From positions 111,894 to 175,893 of the forward strand of contig JAHHHK010000010.1 in assembly GCA_019359395.1 (NCBI GenBank): a DNA stretch of 64,000 nucleotides, read 5' to 3'. The translations under genes were made by a program, and so were the position numbers. This document shows positions 18,040-26,941 of the stretch, in pieces. The notes beneath the pieces are model-generated. The model worked only from the letters and a program-made list of their open reading frames with translations, was not told the origin of the DNA and searched no databases. Source of the DNA: Komarekiella atlantica HA4396-MV6. Its GTDB lineage: Bacteria; Cyanobacteriota; Cyanobacteriia; Cyanobacteriales; Nostocaceae. Every line of letters starts with the position of its first letter. The stretch's first letter is position 1.

Positions 18040-18486
18040 CTATCCCCGGTTTTTAATCAAGATTACTTGTACAATTTGTATTGCTATCTCACTAGAAACA
18101 CCTAAAGCTTGATATAAATCATTTAAAAAGTTTTTTTCTTCTTCGTTCACTATACCCTCGGCTAAGACCAAGTCGGTGGCTACTGCAAAAGCCGCTTCCC
18201 GCAAGTCTTGAGACAGAGATTCTTTAGCTGCATTAAATAAGAAATTAAAATCATCCCGCTGGAGAATGCCCAAAATTTTGTCAAACAGCCTGTTCATCAG
18301 GTCACTGGAATAACTTTTAAAAAGTTTCATCCGAAACAGCACAGAAGTGATACAATTTGTTTGCTCGGTAGAAAGATAACCGTCTGAAGCTGTTGCAGCT
18401 AAAATAATTACAGCAAAAGCTTCCGCTGAATTGAGTGTTGCTTGGGCTTGACTTTCAGTGCCCAACACAGCGTCGAATAGACCCAT
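18040..18486 (-). CDS. TerB-like (tellurite resistance family) protein
   Basis: AEAFAVIILAATASDG, AAFAVATDLVLAEG, EEEKNFL; AAGGAG SD upstream. Confidence 0.8.
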   Translation of the reverse strand: MGLFDAVLGTESQAQATLNSAEAFAVIILAATASDGYLSTEQTNCITSVLFRMKLFKSYSSDLMNRLFDKILGILQRDDFNFLFNAAKESLSQDLREAAFAVATDLVLAEGIVNEEEKNFLNDLYQALGVSSEIAIQIVQVILIKNRG

Positions 18487-18661
18487 TGTAGTAGCTCCTT
18501 AGTTTGCGCCTCAATAGCGGTACAGCTACCTGTGTGTTCTGTAATGTCAGGTAATGCTGCAACGCTGTGAGACTTTCATAGTCTAGTGTTCCCAGGATTT
18601 CTTGATGGCGAACACTTGTACCCAATGGTTTTCGGCAATAAATACATTGCCATATATGAAG

Positions 18662-18799
18662 TTAGGGTTCTCCTGTCTTTTCCATTGTTTCAATTACTGC
18701 CAAACCTATACCAGAAGCGGCTATTAACAGTACTCCTGATACCAAATAAGCGTTGGCAAACATCCGTAGGGCTTCATCGAAGAAAATGTAGGTGGTCAT
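18662..18799 (-). CDS. 45-aa single-TM small protein (below the track cutoff)
   Basis: Hand translation MTTYIFFDEALRMFANAYLVSGVLLIAASGIGLAVIETMEKTGEP*; AAAGGTG SD-like sequence about 6 nt upstream. Confidence 0.5.
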   Translation of the reverse strand: MTTYIFFDEALRMFANAYLVSGVLLIAASGIGLAVIETMEKTGEP

Positions 18800-19210
18800 T
18801 GGCTTCACCTTTTGAGGTTTGTGCTGCTAGTGCTTTTTATTTCTCCACACCTCGATAGGTGAATTTCGCTGAGAAAATGCTAGCAATTGCATCTTAACAA
18901 AACTTTAGCTCTTTCAGAACACTCCTTAAACTTTTTATTTTTGAAGATTCAATGAATTTCACCAGTCATTTGTAAAAGAAAGTACTGAGGCTGAGATTAA
19001 TATCAAAGTTAACTACCCGAAACTTACGCAAGTTTAGTTATTAAGCTGGTATCAGTTACACAAAATTCCAATATAGTTAAGTTATTGATAAGCTAGAGCT
19101 GATGAGGAAGCGAAAATCTTATTCTTTCGTGATTTAATTTTCAGCTTATTGATAATATTATCAACTATCGGAGTTAAGGAAACCGTATTAACACATAAGC
19201 CGTAACAGAG

Positions 19211-19756
19211 ATGATGGAACTATTACTCTTGGAAATCTCCACCGAACGCCTATTGTTGCAACCTATATCGATAAAATACAAAGAAAATATTTTTAGAGAA
19301 TTTACTGACGAGATTACTACTTACATGCATCCTCGTCCACCTCAGTCGATTGCTGAAACGGAATTATTTATTACTGAATCGTTACTAAAAATCCAAAATG
19401 GGGATGACTTGATACTTGTAATTTTAAAGAAAGATTCTCAAGAATTTTTAGGGTGTAGTGGCATACACAAAATTAATAGTAAATATCCAGAAGCAGGTAT
19501 TTGGTTGAAAAAATCAGCACATGGTAGTGGCTATGGAACAGAGGCGATCGCAGCTCTGAAAGATTGGGCCCAAAGCAACTTAGATTACGAGTATCTTCTC
19601 TATCCTGTAGATCGGGCAAATATAGCCAGTCGGGGAATACCAGAAAGACTTGGTGGGCAAATTTTTAGGGAATATGAACAGACAAATTTGAGTGGTAAAG
19701 TTTTACATTTAGTAGAGTATAGAATTGCTTCTGCTAGTGCAAAAAAGAGTATCTAG
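19211..19756 (+). CDS. GNAT N-acetyltransferase, RimJ/RimL-like
   Basis: STERLLLQP, FLGCSGI, EAGIWLKKSAHGSGYGTEA, NIASRGIPERLGG. Confidence 0.9.
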   Translation: MMELLLLEISTERLLLQPISIKYKENIFREFTDEITTYMHPRPPQSIAETELFITESLLKIQNGDDLILVILKKDSQEFLGCSGIHKINSKYPEAGIWLKKSAHGSGYGTEAIAALKDWAQSNLDYEYLLYPVDRANIASRGIPERLGGQIFREYEQTNLSGKVLHLVEYRIASASAKKSI

Positions 19757-19934
19757 TAGTAAAAGCAAATTCTCAAATTTGTCTGAACATGAAAAATTTG
19801 TCTAGCGATCGCACTAACACTAATTAAATTAACAGCAATTATTTGCAATAAGTTGCCATATAACTTTTATTCGTTGATAATTCTTGCTTGCAAAACGGGA
19901 TTATGCGGATCTAACTAGCAAACTCAGGTAAGTT

Positions 19935-20855
19935 CTAAAGTAAACAGCGTTCAATTGTGGCGACAACTGATTGAGAAAGTGTATCAAAATCGTAACCGCC
20001 TTCTAAACCAAACAAAATTTTACGAGTTAGTCCCAGACAATAATCGGTAAATAAACCATAATCTGCTGGTTGCAAATTTACACTTGCCAAGGGATCTGCG
20101 GCATTGGCATCGTAACCTGCACTCACAATTAGTAAATCTGGTTGAAAATTTGCTAAAAATGGCACTACCTTTTTTTCCAGTAATGGCTGATATACAGAGA
20201 TATTACTACCAGGAGGTACGGGCAAATTTAACACATTATTATGAAAGCCGCGTTCTGTAACTCTCCCAGTACCAGGATAGCAAGGGTATTGATGTAGAGA
20301 ACAATAGGCAATTTGCGGATGAGTTTCAACGATCGCCTGTGTACCATTACCGTGATGCACATCCCAATCTAAAATGGCGACGCGATTGATTCCAGGTTGT
20401 TCTAGAGCAAACAAAGCAGCGATCGCCGCATTAGAAAACAAGCAAAAGCCCATCCCTGCATCACTTTCAGCATGGTGTCCCGGTGGACGCGCCAGCACAA
20501 AAGCCGGATTTGCTGTTGCTAGCACAGTTTCAACTCCATCCAGCCAAGCACTCACTGCTAACAATGCCACATCATAGCTGCGTGGGGAAACAGGTGTATC
20601 TCCATCCAAATAACTACCGCCAGTAGAGGCAATTTCCCCAACTTTCTTGATGTATGCTGGGGTGTGAGCCTTGACCAATACAGGCATTAATGACGGACTT
20701 TCTGCTACTGGTGTAGGCGATCGCCATTCAATGTTCTTTGCAAACACAGATGTTCTCAAGGCGTTAGCGATCGCCGTCAAGCGTTCTGGGTTTTCAGGAT
20801 GGTATTTTCCAGTCTTGTGATCCAGAAACTCATCAGAATAAATGACTGGTAGCAT
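19935..20855 (-). CDS. Histone deacetylase family protein (AcuC/HdaH-like)
   Basis: HPENPERL, RPPGHHA, GFCLFSNAAI, LDWDVHHGNGTQ, SAGYDA, LEGGY. Confidence 0.93.
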   Translation of the reverse strand: MLPVIYSDEFLDHKTGKYHPENPERLTAIANALRTSVFAKNIEWRSPTPVAESPSLMPVLVKAHTPAYIKKVGEIASTGGSYLDGDTPVSPRSYDVALLAVSAWLDGVETVLATANPAFVLARPPGHHAESDAGMGFCLFSNAAIAALFALEQPGINRVAILDWDVHHGNGTQAIVETHPQIAYCSLHQYPCYPGTGRVTERGFHNNVLNLPVPPGSNISVYQPLLEKKVVPFLANFQPDLLIVSAGYDANAADPLASVNLQPADYGLFTDYCLGLTRKILFGLEGGYDFDTLSQSVVATIERCLL

Positions 20856-20927
20856 AGGGCGAAAACGGTTGCTAGCAGGATACTGAATGTCATTGTATCC
20901 TCACTAGTATCTCTATTCTTCGCCAAA

Positions 20928-21131
20928 TCAGGTCATTTCATCGTTTGGTTCATCAAGCATTTCGGGTACTAAAGCTGGGTTACTCCTGCGTTCTGCTGGC
21001 GATTGCTCCCGAATAACATCATCCATTTTTGGAGGGTGTTTGATTTTGTCGAGTATCTCTGGGCTTAATTGCGATGCATCGCCTTCTGAATTCATCTTTT
21101 CAGCTTGACTCGGAACTGTTTCCTTATTCAT
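20928..21131 (-). CDS. Small acidic hypothetical protein
   Basis: 67 aa, GGAG SD upstream, hydrophilic and Pro/Glu-rich; fits between co-oriented genes without overlap. Confidence 0.65.
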   Translation of the reverse strand: MNKETVPSQAEKMNSEGDASQLSPEILDKIKHPPKMDDVIREQSPAERRSNPALVPEMLDEPNDEMT

Positions 21132-21231
21132 AACTATTTCTCCAAACTTCTACGCCAAGCTTAAATTGTTCTGTGGTAAGACACACACTACCTTGGGGCT
21201 TAAATTACTCCACACTGACTCATCAGTACAT

Positions 21232-22347
21232 CTATTTGTTGGTAGTCACAGGTAGGCGGATAGTGAATGTGCTACCCTGTCCCGGCTCAGATATTACATT
21301 AATTGTGCCTTGATGTGCTTCGACAATGCAGCGAGATAAATATAACCCTAAACCACTACCGGAACGCTGGTGTTTACCCTGGCGAAATCGCTCAAACAAT
21401 ATTGCTTGGTCTTGTTTAGAAATTCCTGGCCCTGTATCTTGAACATCAATGGTTATATTAGCTGGAGTGAGATAGCAGCGAATATCTACAGAACCTTTAT
21501 CTGTAAATTTGATGGCATTACCGATAATATTTGTCAGAACTCGTCGCATCTCTACGCGATCGCTCATGACAATGCTTCCAGTTTCGCTCTCATCGGTTGT
21601 TCCTGATGCCAATTCCAGATTTAGGGCTAATCCTTTTTCTTCTGCTAAGTGAGTTAACTCCTGAGCAACTTCACTAACTAACTCCTGAATATTGCAAGGA
21701 GAAATTTTTAAAGTTTTACAGCCAGCCTCATGACGATAAACTTCTAGTAAGGTGTTTACCATTTCTAGCAGGTCTTGGTTACTGCCAATCATGGTACTAA
21801 TGATTTCTTGCAATTGTGGTGAAACTTCGCAAAACCTACCTTCTATTAATAATTTTAAGATCCGGTTGGATGCTACCAGAGGTATACGTAAATCATGAGT
21901 AAAACGCGAGACAAAATCGGCTCGCAAGTTAGCCATCTGATCTCGTTCGTCGATACTATGCTTGAGGCGGAGGAGCGATCGCACCCGTGCATGTAGCTCA
22001 TCTGGATCGAATGGTTTACGGATGAAGTCATCTGCACCAGCATCGAGTCCTTCCACAACGCTAGACTCATAGTGAGCTGTAATTAGTAAAATGGGGATAA
22101 AGGGTAACGCCTGATTCTGTCGGATGCGTCGAGTGAATTCATAGCCATCTATTTCAGGCATCATCACATCTAACAGTATTAAGTCAGGCGGCGATTGCTC
22201 AACCATAGTCAAAGCTGTCTTGCTATCTTCCACTAAGCTGAGTTCATAGTCCTTATCCTCTAGGACTGCCTCTAAAATCAGCAAATTGTCAAAAACGTCA
22301 TCTACAACAAGAATTCTATCTTTTTTGGAAGTTTTAGTTAAAGACAT
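21232..22347 (-). CDS. Hybrid histidine kinase (REC-HisKA-HATPase)
   Basis: ILVVDD...LLDVMMP...FIRKP receiver; FTHDLRIP H-box; NIIGNAIKFT, DTGPGI, GSGLGL, GSTF. Confidence 0.93.
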   Translation of the reverse strand: MSLTKTSKKDRILVVDDVFDNLLILEAVLEDKDYELSLVEDSKTALTMVEQSPPDLILLDVMMPEIDGYEFTRRIRQNQALPFIPILLITAHYESSVVEGLDAGADDFIRKPFDPDELHARVRSLLRLKHSIDERDQMANLRADFVSRFTHDLRIPLVASNRILKLLIEGRFCEVSPQLQEIISTMIGSNQDLLEMVNTLLEVYRHEAGCKTLKISPCNIQELVSEVAQELTHLAEEKGLALNLELASGTTDESETGSIVMSDRVEMRRVLTNIIGNAIKFTDKGSVDIRCYLTPANITIDVQDTGPGISKQDQAILFERFRQGKHQRSGSGLGLYLSRCIVEAHQGTINVISEPGQGSTFTIRLPVTTNK

Positions 22348-22858
22348 GGTTAATAAAAAAAGAAGTGCTTGGCTATCCCTAGCAAATCTAGTAATAACTT
22401 ACTTCACCAGCGTTAAGATCATCATGATTCACATGTTCGCTTAAAGTTTTCGGAATTAAGGATATTCCTTTTATCAGTAATTACACTATAAAAAATATTA
22501 TTTGGTATAAAATAAACTTTTATCTCCAACTCTATCAGTTGTATAGCACAGAAGCACAAACTGCTATGTATTCATAACCATTATTGCTGCAAAGTCAACT
22601 TTAACTATAACTAATAGTCACCCATTCCTAATTGCTGCCTATCAAGATAATGTATAAAAATATTTTTTGAGGAAATTAAATTCTCATATTCAAACACAGC
22701 CTGAAAAAAAATTTGAAAATAAGGTCGTTTGTGACTGATGATAGATGAAGTTTTGTGAACAATACCAAACGCCTTTCTTTTCGGATAAAATCCCGAATAG
22801 AAGAACAAAGCTATTTTCATCTGTACTTTTAGATAGATAACAGTAAAGATAACCATCC

Positions 22859-23578
22859 ATGAGTGAAATAAAGATCCTCGTAATTGAAGATCACAACCTT
22901 ACCAGAATCGGCTTACGGGCTGCTTTACAAACCCAGTCAGAAATGAACATTGTTGGGGAAGCAGCTAATGCAGCAGAGGGAATAGAGCTTCTGAAAACTC
23001 TCAAGCCAGATGTCGCCACCATTGACATTGGTTTGCCTGACATGGATGGTATAGAACTGACACGCATATTTAGGCAATACCAGGCGGAAACAGAAGACTA
23101 TACAACAAAGCTGCTGATTTTAACAATGCAGAGTAGTGAGCAGGCGGTTTTAGCAGCTTTTGCAGCAGGTGCAGACTCTTATTGCATGAAGGATATCGAA
23201 AGTGAGAAATTAGTAGAGGCAGTGCAAACGACCTACTCAGGTAGCTCATGGATCGATCCAGCGATCGCAGATCTCGTACTGCGACAAATACGACAGGATT
23301 TTCCTGATGGTAATAGTGGAACAGCCGGAAAAAGAGTACTGATTGACGGTATTGACCCAGAAATTGAAAAAACTATAGAGAGCTACCCCTTAACTCATCG
23401 AGAAATGGATGTTTTGGAGTTGATTGTCGCTGGGTGTGACAATGCAGAAATCGCTAAAAGGCTCTATTTAACTGTCGGTACTGTAAAAACTCACGTTCGA
23501 GGTATTCTAAATAAACTCTGTGTTGCTGACCGTACGCAGGCTGCTGTACTTGCTTTACGTGCTGGGTTAGTGCAGTAG
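22859..23578 (+). CDS. NarL/LuxR-family response regulator (OrrA-like)
   Basis: IEDHNLTR, IDIGLPDMDG, SYCMKD; LTHREMDVLELIVAG...TVGTVKTHVRGILNKL HTH. Confidence 0.92.
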   Translation: MSEIKILVIEDHNLTRIGLRAALQTQSEMNIVGEAANAAEGIELLKTLKPDVATIDIGLPDMDGIELTRIFRQYQAETEDYTTKLLILTMQSSEQAVLAAFAAGADSYCMKDIESEKLVEAVQTTYSGSSWIDPAIADLVLRQIRQDFPDGNSGTAGKRVLIDGIDPEIEKTIESYPLTHREMDVLELIVAGCDNAEIAKRLYLTVGTVKTHVRGILNKLCVADRTQAAVLALRAGLVQ

Positions 23579-23671
23579 TGAACTAAATGCCTATCCAAGT
23601 TTAGATAGCAGTCACCGAAACAGTGCTGAAGCGCGGATAGCTATGGTTTAGTACTTAGCACTCCTGAAGTA

Positions 23672-24214
23672 TTAAGAATTCAATCTTTTCTTAATGGGCT
23701 GAGCAGGATTACCAGCATAAATAATCATTGGATCTAAAGAACGCCCAGTTACTCCACCGAGGGTGAGTACTGCACCTCTACCTACTGTCACACCTGGGCC
23801 TATTACCGACTTGGCTGCAATCCAACTACCTTCTTGTATGTGAATTGGGGCAGTAATTAGTTGAAAATTGGGATGATTCCAGTCATGATTACCAGTGCAG
23901 AGATAGACCCCTTGAGATAAGCAAACATGACTTTCTATGGTGACAGGAGCTAAGTTATCAATCCAGGTATCTTCCCCAACCCAAACGTAATCGCCTACTG
24001 TTAACCGCCAGGGAAACTTCACTCTGACTCCTGGTTTAACGCGGACGCCTTGACCAATTTGCGCTCCAAAGCAGCGGAGTATCCAAACTTTTAAGGCTGA
24101 TATCGGGAGCCAATAACTTTCTACTAAGGGCGACCCGATAAAATACCACACAAGTTGTTTCCAGTATGGCGCGCCTGGGGTGTAAGCACCTAAAGTGTAG
24201 CTATCTAAACGCAT
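23672..24214 (-). CDS. WcaF/HpsU-like hexapeptide O-acetyltransferase
   Basis: Real start is most likely MRLDSYTLGAYTPGAPYWKQL (ATG at 24214; the track extends over the upstream gene); KFPWRLTVGD, LCTGNHD, YAGNPA. Confidence 0.85.
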   Translation of the reverse strand: MRLDSYTLGAYTPGAPYWKQLVWYFIGSPLVESYWLPISALKVWILRCFGAQIGQGVRVKPGVRVKFPWRLTVGDYVWVGEDTWIDNLAPVTIESHVCLSQGVYLCTGNHDWNHPNFQLITAPIHIQEGSWIAAKSVIGPGVTVGRGAVLTLGGVTGRSLDPMIIYAGNPAQPIKKRLNS

Positions 24215-24215
24215 A

Positions 24216-24728
24216 TTATGGTGAATTAACAGCAGGCTTAAGACTCGCTCCTGTATGGCCTGTGAAAATCCACAGCAGAGAGCGGGCAATGTCACGAATA
24301 ATGGGAACAAAAGATTCTTTGGTATGGTTAGACGGTACAGAGAGTGGAGTGAAAGCAATACCTTGGCTACTAAGAATCAGGGTTGCGATCGCTTTGGCTC
24401 TGGGCATGTGATAGTTAGAAGTAATTAAATATAAGTGCTGTATTTTGTGTTGTTTGAAATCTGGAATCAGGGTAGTAAAGTTAGTAACTGTGTCAACGGC
24501 ACGATAGTCTAAGTAAACACGGCTATCTGGAATACCTGCATCTCGAAAAATTTTACGCGCTTTGTTGGGAACTACACCAGAAGAAATCCAAATTTTTAGG
24601 GATGGATACCAGTGAGCGAATTCGGCGGTGAATACTTCTCGTTCTCCTAATGATTCGCCGCCAAGGATGAGAATGGCTTGAGGTTGGGGAGCTTGGTACA
24701 GTGAGATCGCCACACGCACAGGAATCAT
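24216..24728 (-). CDS. YdcF/DUF218 family protein
   Basis: ILILGG, DYRAVDTVTNF, LITSNYHMPRA. The frame stays open upstream to 24800 (see findings). Confidence 0.88.
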   Translation of the reverse strand: MIPVRVAISLYQAPQPQAILILGGESLGEREVFTAEFAHWYPSLKIWISSGVVPNKARKIFRDAGIPDSRVYLDYRAVDTVTNFTTLIPDFKQHKIQHLYLITSNYHMPRAKAIATLILSSQGIAFTPLSVPSNHTKESFVPIIRDIARSLLWIFTGHTGASLKPAVNSP

Positions 24729-24908
24729 TAGCAGCAGGGAGAGGATAAAACCTACTAAAAAAAGTATCCAATGTTCTTTGATTTTGTAGAACGTAATAAC
24801 TTAACCTCCAAACAATAACTTTGTATATTTTTAAGATTTTCTCAAGTTAAGAAGTTTATCTCTGTTAGCCTATGTTTTTTATCCATTGATTTATTCACAC
24901 CACAATAA

Positions 24909-25676
24909 TTAAACTTTAATTTTTTCAGCTTCTATTAAACGAATAGCTAGAAGAATTTCTGCTAGAACGCGCTGAAATGTATAGTACCAACCATGCCAAC
25001 CATCAAGAATACCGCCTTTAAGGATGAGGCAGTAGACCAAAATGATGAAAGGAGCTAAAATTTTTTGTCTACGGATGCGATCGCCCCAATTAAGTTCACT
25101 CATCGGTGTTTCTAATAGTTTTTTTACCTCAATCACCATATAGCGATCCTGTGCCCACAGCCAGCGATTTAGAGGTTTGCGATCGTCATGATGGATATAA
25201 CCAGTAAGCGTTGCAGACTTACCAGCAAGTTGTAAAAGTTGAGTGTGACCATCATCTATGTATACAGCTTTATCTTTGCGAAAGAGAACTTGACGAGGGG
25301 GAAGTATTGTACCTCTGAGCGGTTTACCAAACACACAGTATTTAAATCTGGCAAAGTAACCATTTATCTGGCCATCTGCTGGCAAATCTATAATTTCAGT
25401 TCTCAAATCATCTGTAACAACATAATCTGCATCTAAAGAAAGCACCCATTTAGATTCAACTTGCTCTAAGCCGTAGTTCCATTGCTTACCGTGGGTATCA
25501 AATTTTCGTTGAAATACTTTAACTTGAGAATAAGAATGTAAAACTTCTAAAGTTTCGTCGGTGCTATAACTATCAATCACAATAATTTTATTGGCCCAAG
25601 TAAGATGCTGAAGGGTGCGCTCAATATTAAAGGCTTCGTTATAGGTAAGAATCAGTGGAGTAATTTCTTCTAGCAT
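24909..25676 (-). CDS. GT2 glycosyltransferase (beta-1,4-glucosyltransferase-like)
   Basis: ILTYNE, IDSYSTD, WVLSLDAD, ILKGGILDGWHG. Confidence 0.9.
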   Translation of the reverse strand: MLEEITPLILTYNEAFNIERTLQHLTWANKIIVIDSYSTDETLEVLHSYSQVKVFQRKFDTHGKQWNYGLEQVESKWVLSLDADYVVTDDLRTEIIDLPADGQINGYFARFKYCVFGKPLRGTILPPRQVLFRKDKAVYIDDGHTQLLQLAGKSATLTGYIHHDDRKPLNRWLWAQDRYMVIEVKKLLETPMSELNWGDRIRRQKILAPFIILVYCLILKGGILDGWHGWYYTFQRVLAEILLAIRLIEAEKIKV

Positions 25677-25690
25677 TCAATGTAAATTAA

Positions 25691-26932
25691 TTAATAACCA
25701 TAAAACTGAAGACAACTAGGCGGTTCACCTCCACCAAGAATCCAGTGGTAAACACTTGCCATATTTTCAGCGATCGCGTTCCAAGAGTATTTAGTTTCTA
25801 CCAGATTTTTCCCTCTCAAACCCATTACTTGCCGCTCACTTGCAGGCATTTTCATTGCCTCAACTAAAGCCATTAAAAGTGCTTGTTGATTGTCCTCAAT
25901 CCACCAACCACACTCATAGCGTTCTAAATCCTGCCAAGGAGTACCTTTTGTAGTGATAACAGGCACACCGTAAGCAAGAGACTCTGCTATTGCAATCCCA
26001 AAATTCTCTGAGTGAGTTGGCAAAACAAATAAATCAGCATTACAAAGTGCAGATATCTTGGCCTTTCCAGACAGCATACCCGTAAAAGTCACCCGTTGGC
26101 TCAAATTTAATTGTTCTACTAGTAGTTCTAACTTTGCTTGGTAGCCTGTTAAGTCAGGCCCAGCTAAAATCAGATGCCAGTCAGAAAATTGCGATTCTAA
26201 TTTTTGCCAAACCTGGAGTAAATTATCTATACCTTTTTTAGAATGCAGTCTAGACAGAAAAAGTAACCATTTTTGATCACTAAGTTGAGGAAATAATTGT
26301 GTTAATACTTCTTTTTTTGGTTGTTCATTGAAATCAGCAAGATCTACACCAGTTGGAATGAGTGCGATCGGTTGTTGAAAACCAAGACGACGAACAGACA
26401 TTGCTTCTTCAGCCGAAGTTACATGAAAAACAGTAGCACTCATCAAATTTTTCTGTTCGTACACTAACCAGGCAAGCCACTTCTTCATTCGACTATGCTT
26501 TAAAGACCAAGACTCTAGCATTCCGTGTGGCGAAATTACTAAAGGTAGGCGATTGTTTAATGCGGCTTGTCGAGCGTAAATATTAGGAAACAACCATAAG
26601 CCATGATTGTGAATCAAATCTAATTCTGTTGATGCTAAGTACTCCAGAGCATGATTAGCTTTGGGAGCAAATCCTTGCATCCTTTGAGCTAAGAAACTGG
26701 CAGGATAGCTATGTATTTTGACATCCTCAGTTGCAATTTGGCTACCGAGTTGTTGATAATCTAGTGTGAATAGATGAGATGTAATTTCTTGATTTGCAAC
26801 AATTGATGCTAGTCTAGCAACTAAAAAAGCAGTGCCACCTGTGTTTTCATTAATACTGTCAATTACATGACAGACTTGAGGTTTATCTGTGGCGGTTTTT
26901 AGCGGTTTTACTGCTAAAGGATTAAGTGTCAT
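25691..26932 (-). CDS. GT4 glycosyltransferase
   Basis: HNHGLW, ISPHGML, FLSRLHSKKG, PTHSENFGIAIAESLA. Confidence 0.92.
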   Translation of the reverse strand: MTLNPLAVKPLKTATDKPQVCHVIDSINENTGGTAFLVARLASIVANQEITSHLFTLDYQQLGSQIATEDVKIHSYPASFLAQRMQGFAPKANHALEYLASTELDLIHNHGLWLFPNIYARQAALNNRLPLVISPHGMLESWSLKHSRMKKWLAWLVYEQKNLMSATVFHVTSAEEAMSVRRLGFQQPIALIPTGVDLADFNEQPKKEVLTQLFPQLSDQKWLLFLSRLHSKKGIDNLLQVWQKLESQFSDWHLILAGPDLTGYQAKLELLVEQLNLSQRVTFTGMLSGKAKISALCNADLFVLPTHSENFGIAIAESLAYGVPVITTKGTPWQDLERYECGWWIEDNQQALLMALVEAMKMPASERQVMGLRGKNLVETKYSWNAIAENMASVYHWILGGGEPPSCLQFYGY

Positions 26933-26941
26933 TATTTAAAG

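Noticed and set aside
18586-18858. 90-aa plus-strand ORF
   Set aside because: It overlaps the better-supported 45-aa minus-strand ORF and has no coherent features.
18972-18985. GTA-N8-TAC upstream of the GNAT gene
   Set aside because: No correctly spaced -10 element on either strand.
22611-22856. 81-aa ORF between the kinase and the regulator
   Set aside because: It occupies the divergent promoter and has low-complexity AT-driven composition.
23579-23671. att-like duplicate of the tRNA-Gly 3' end at the far boundary of the EPS locus
   Set aside because: No match seen and no integrase in the window.
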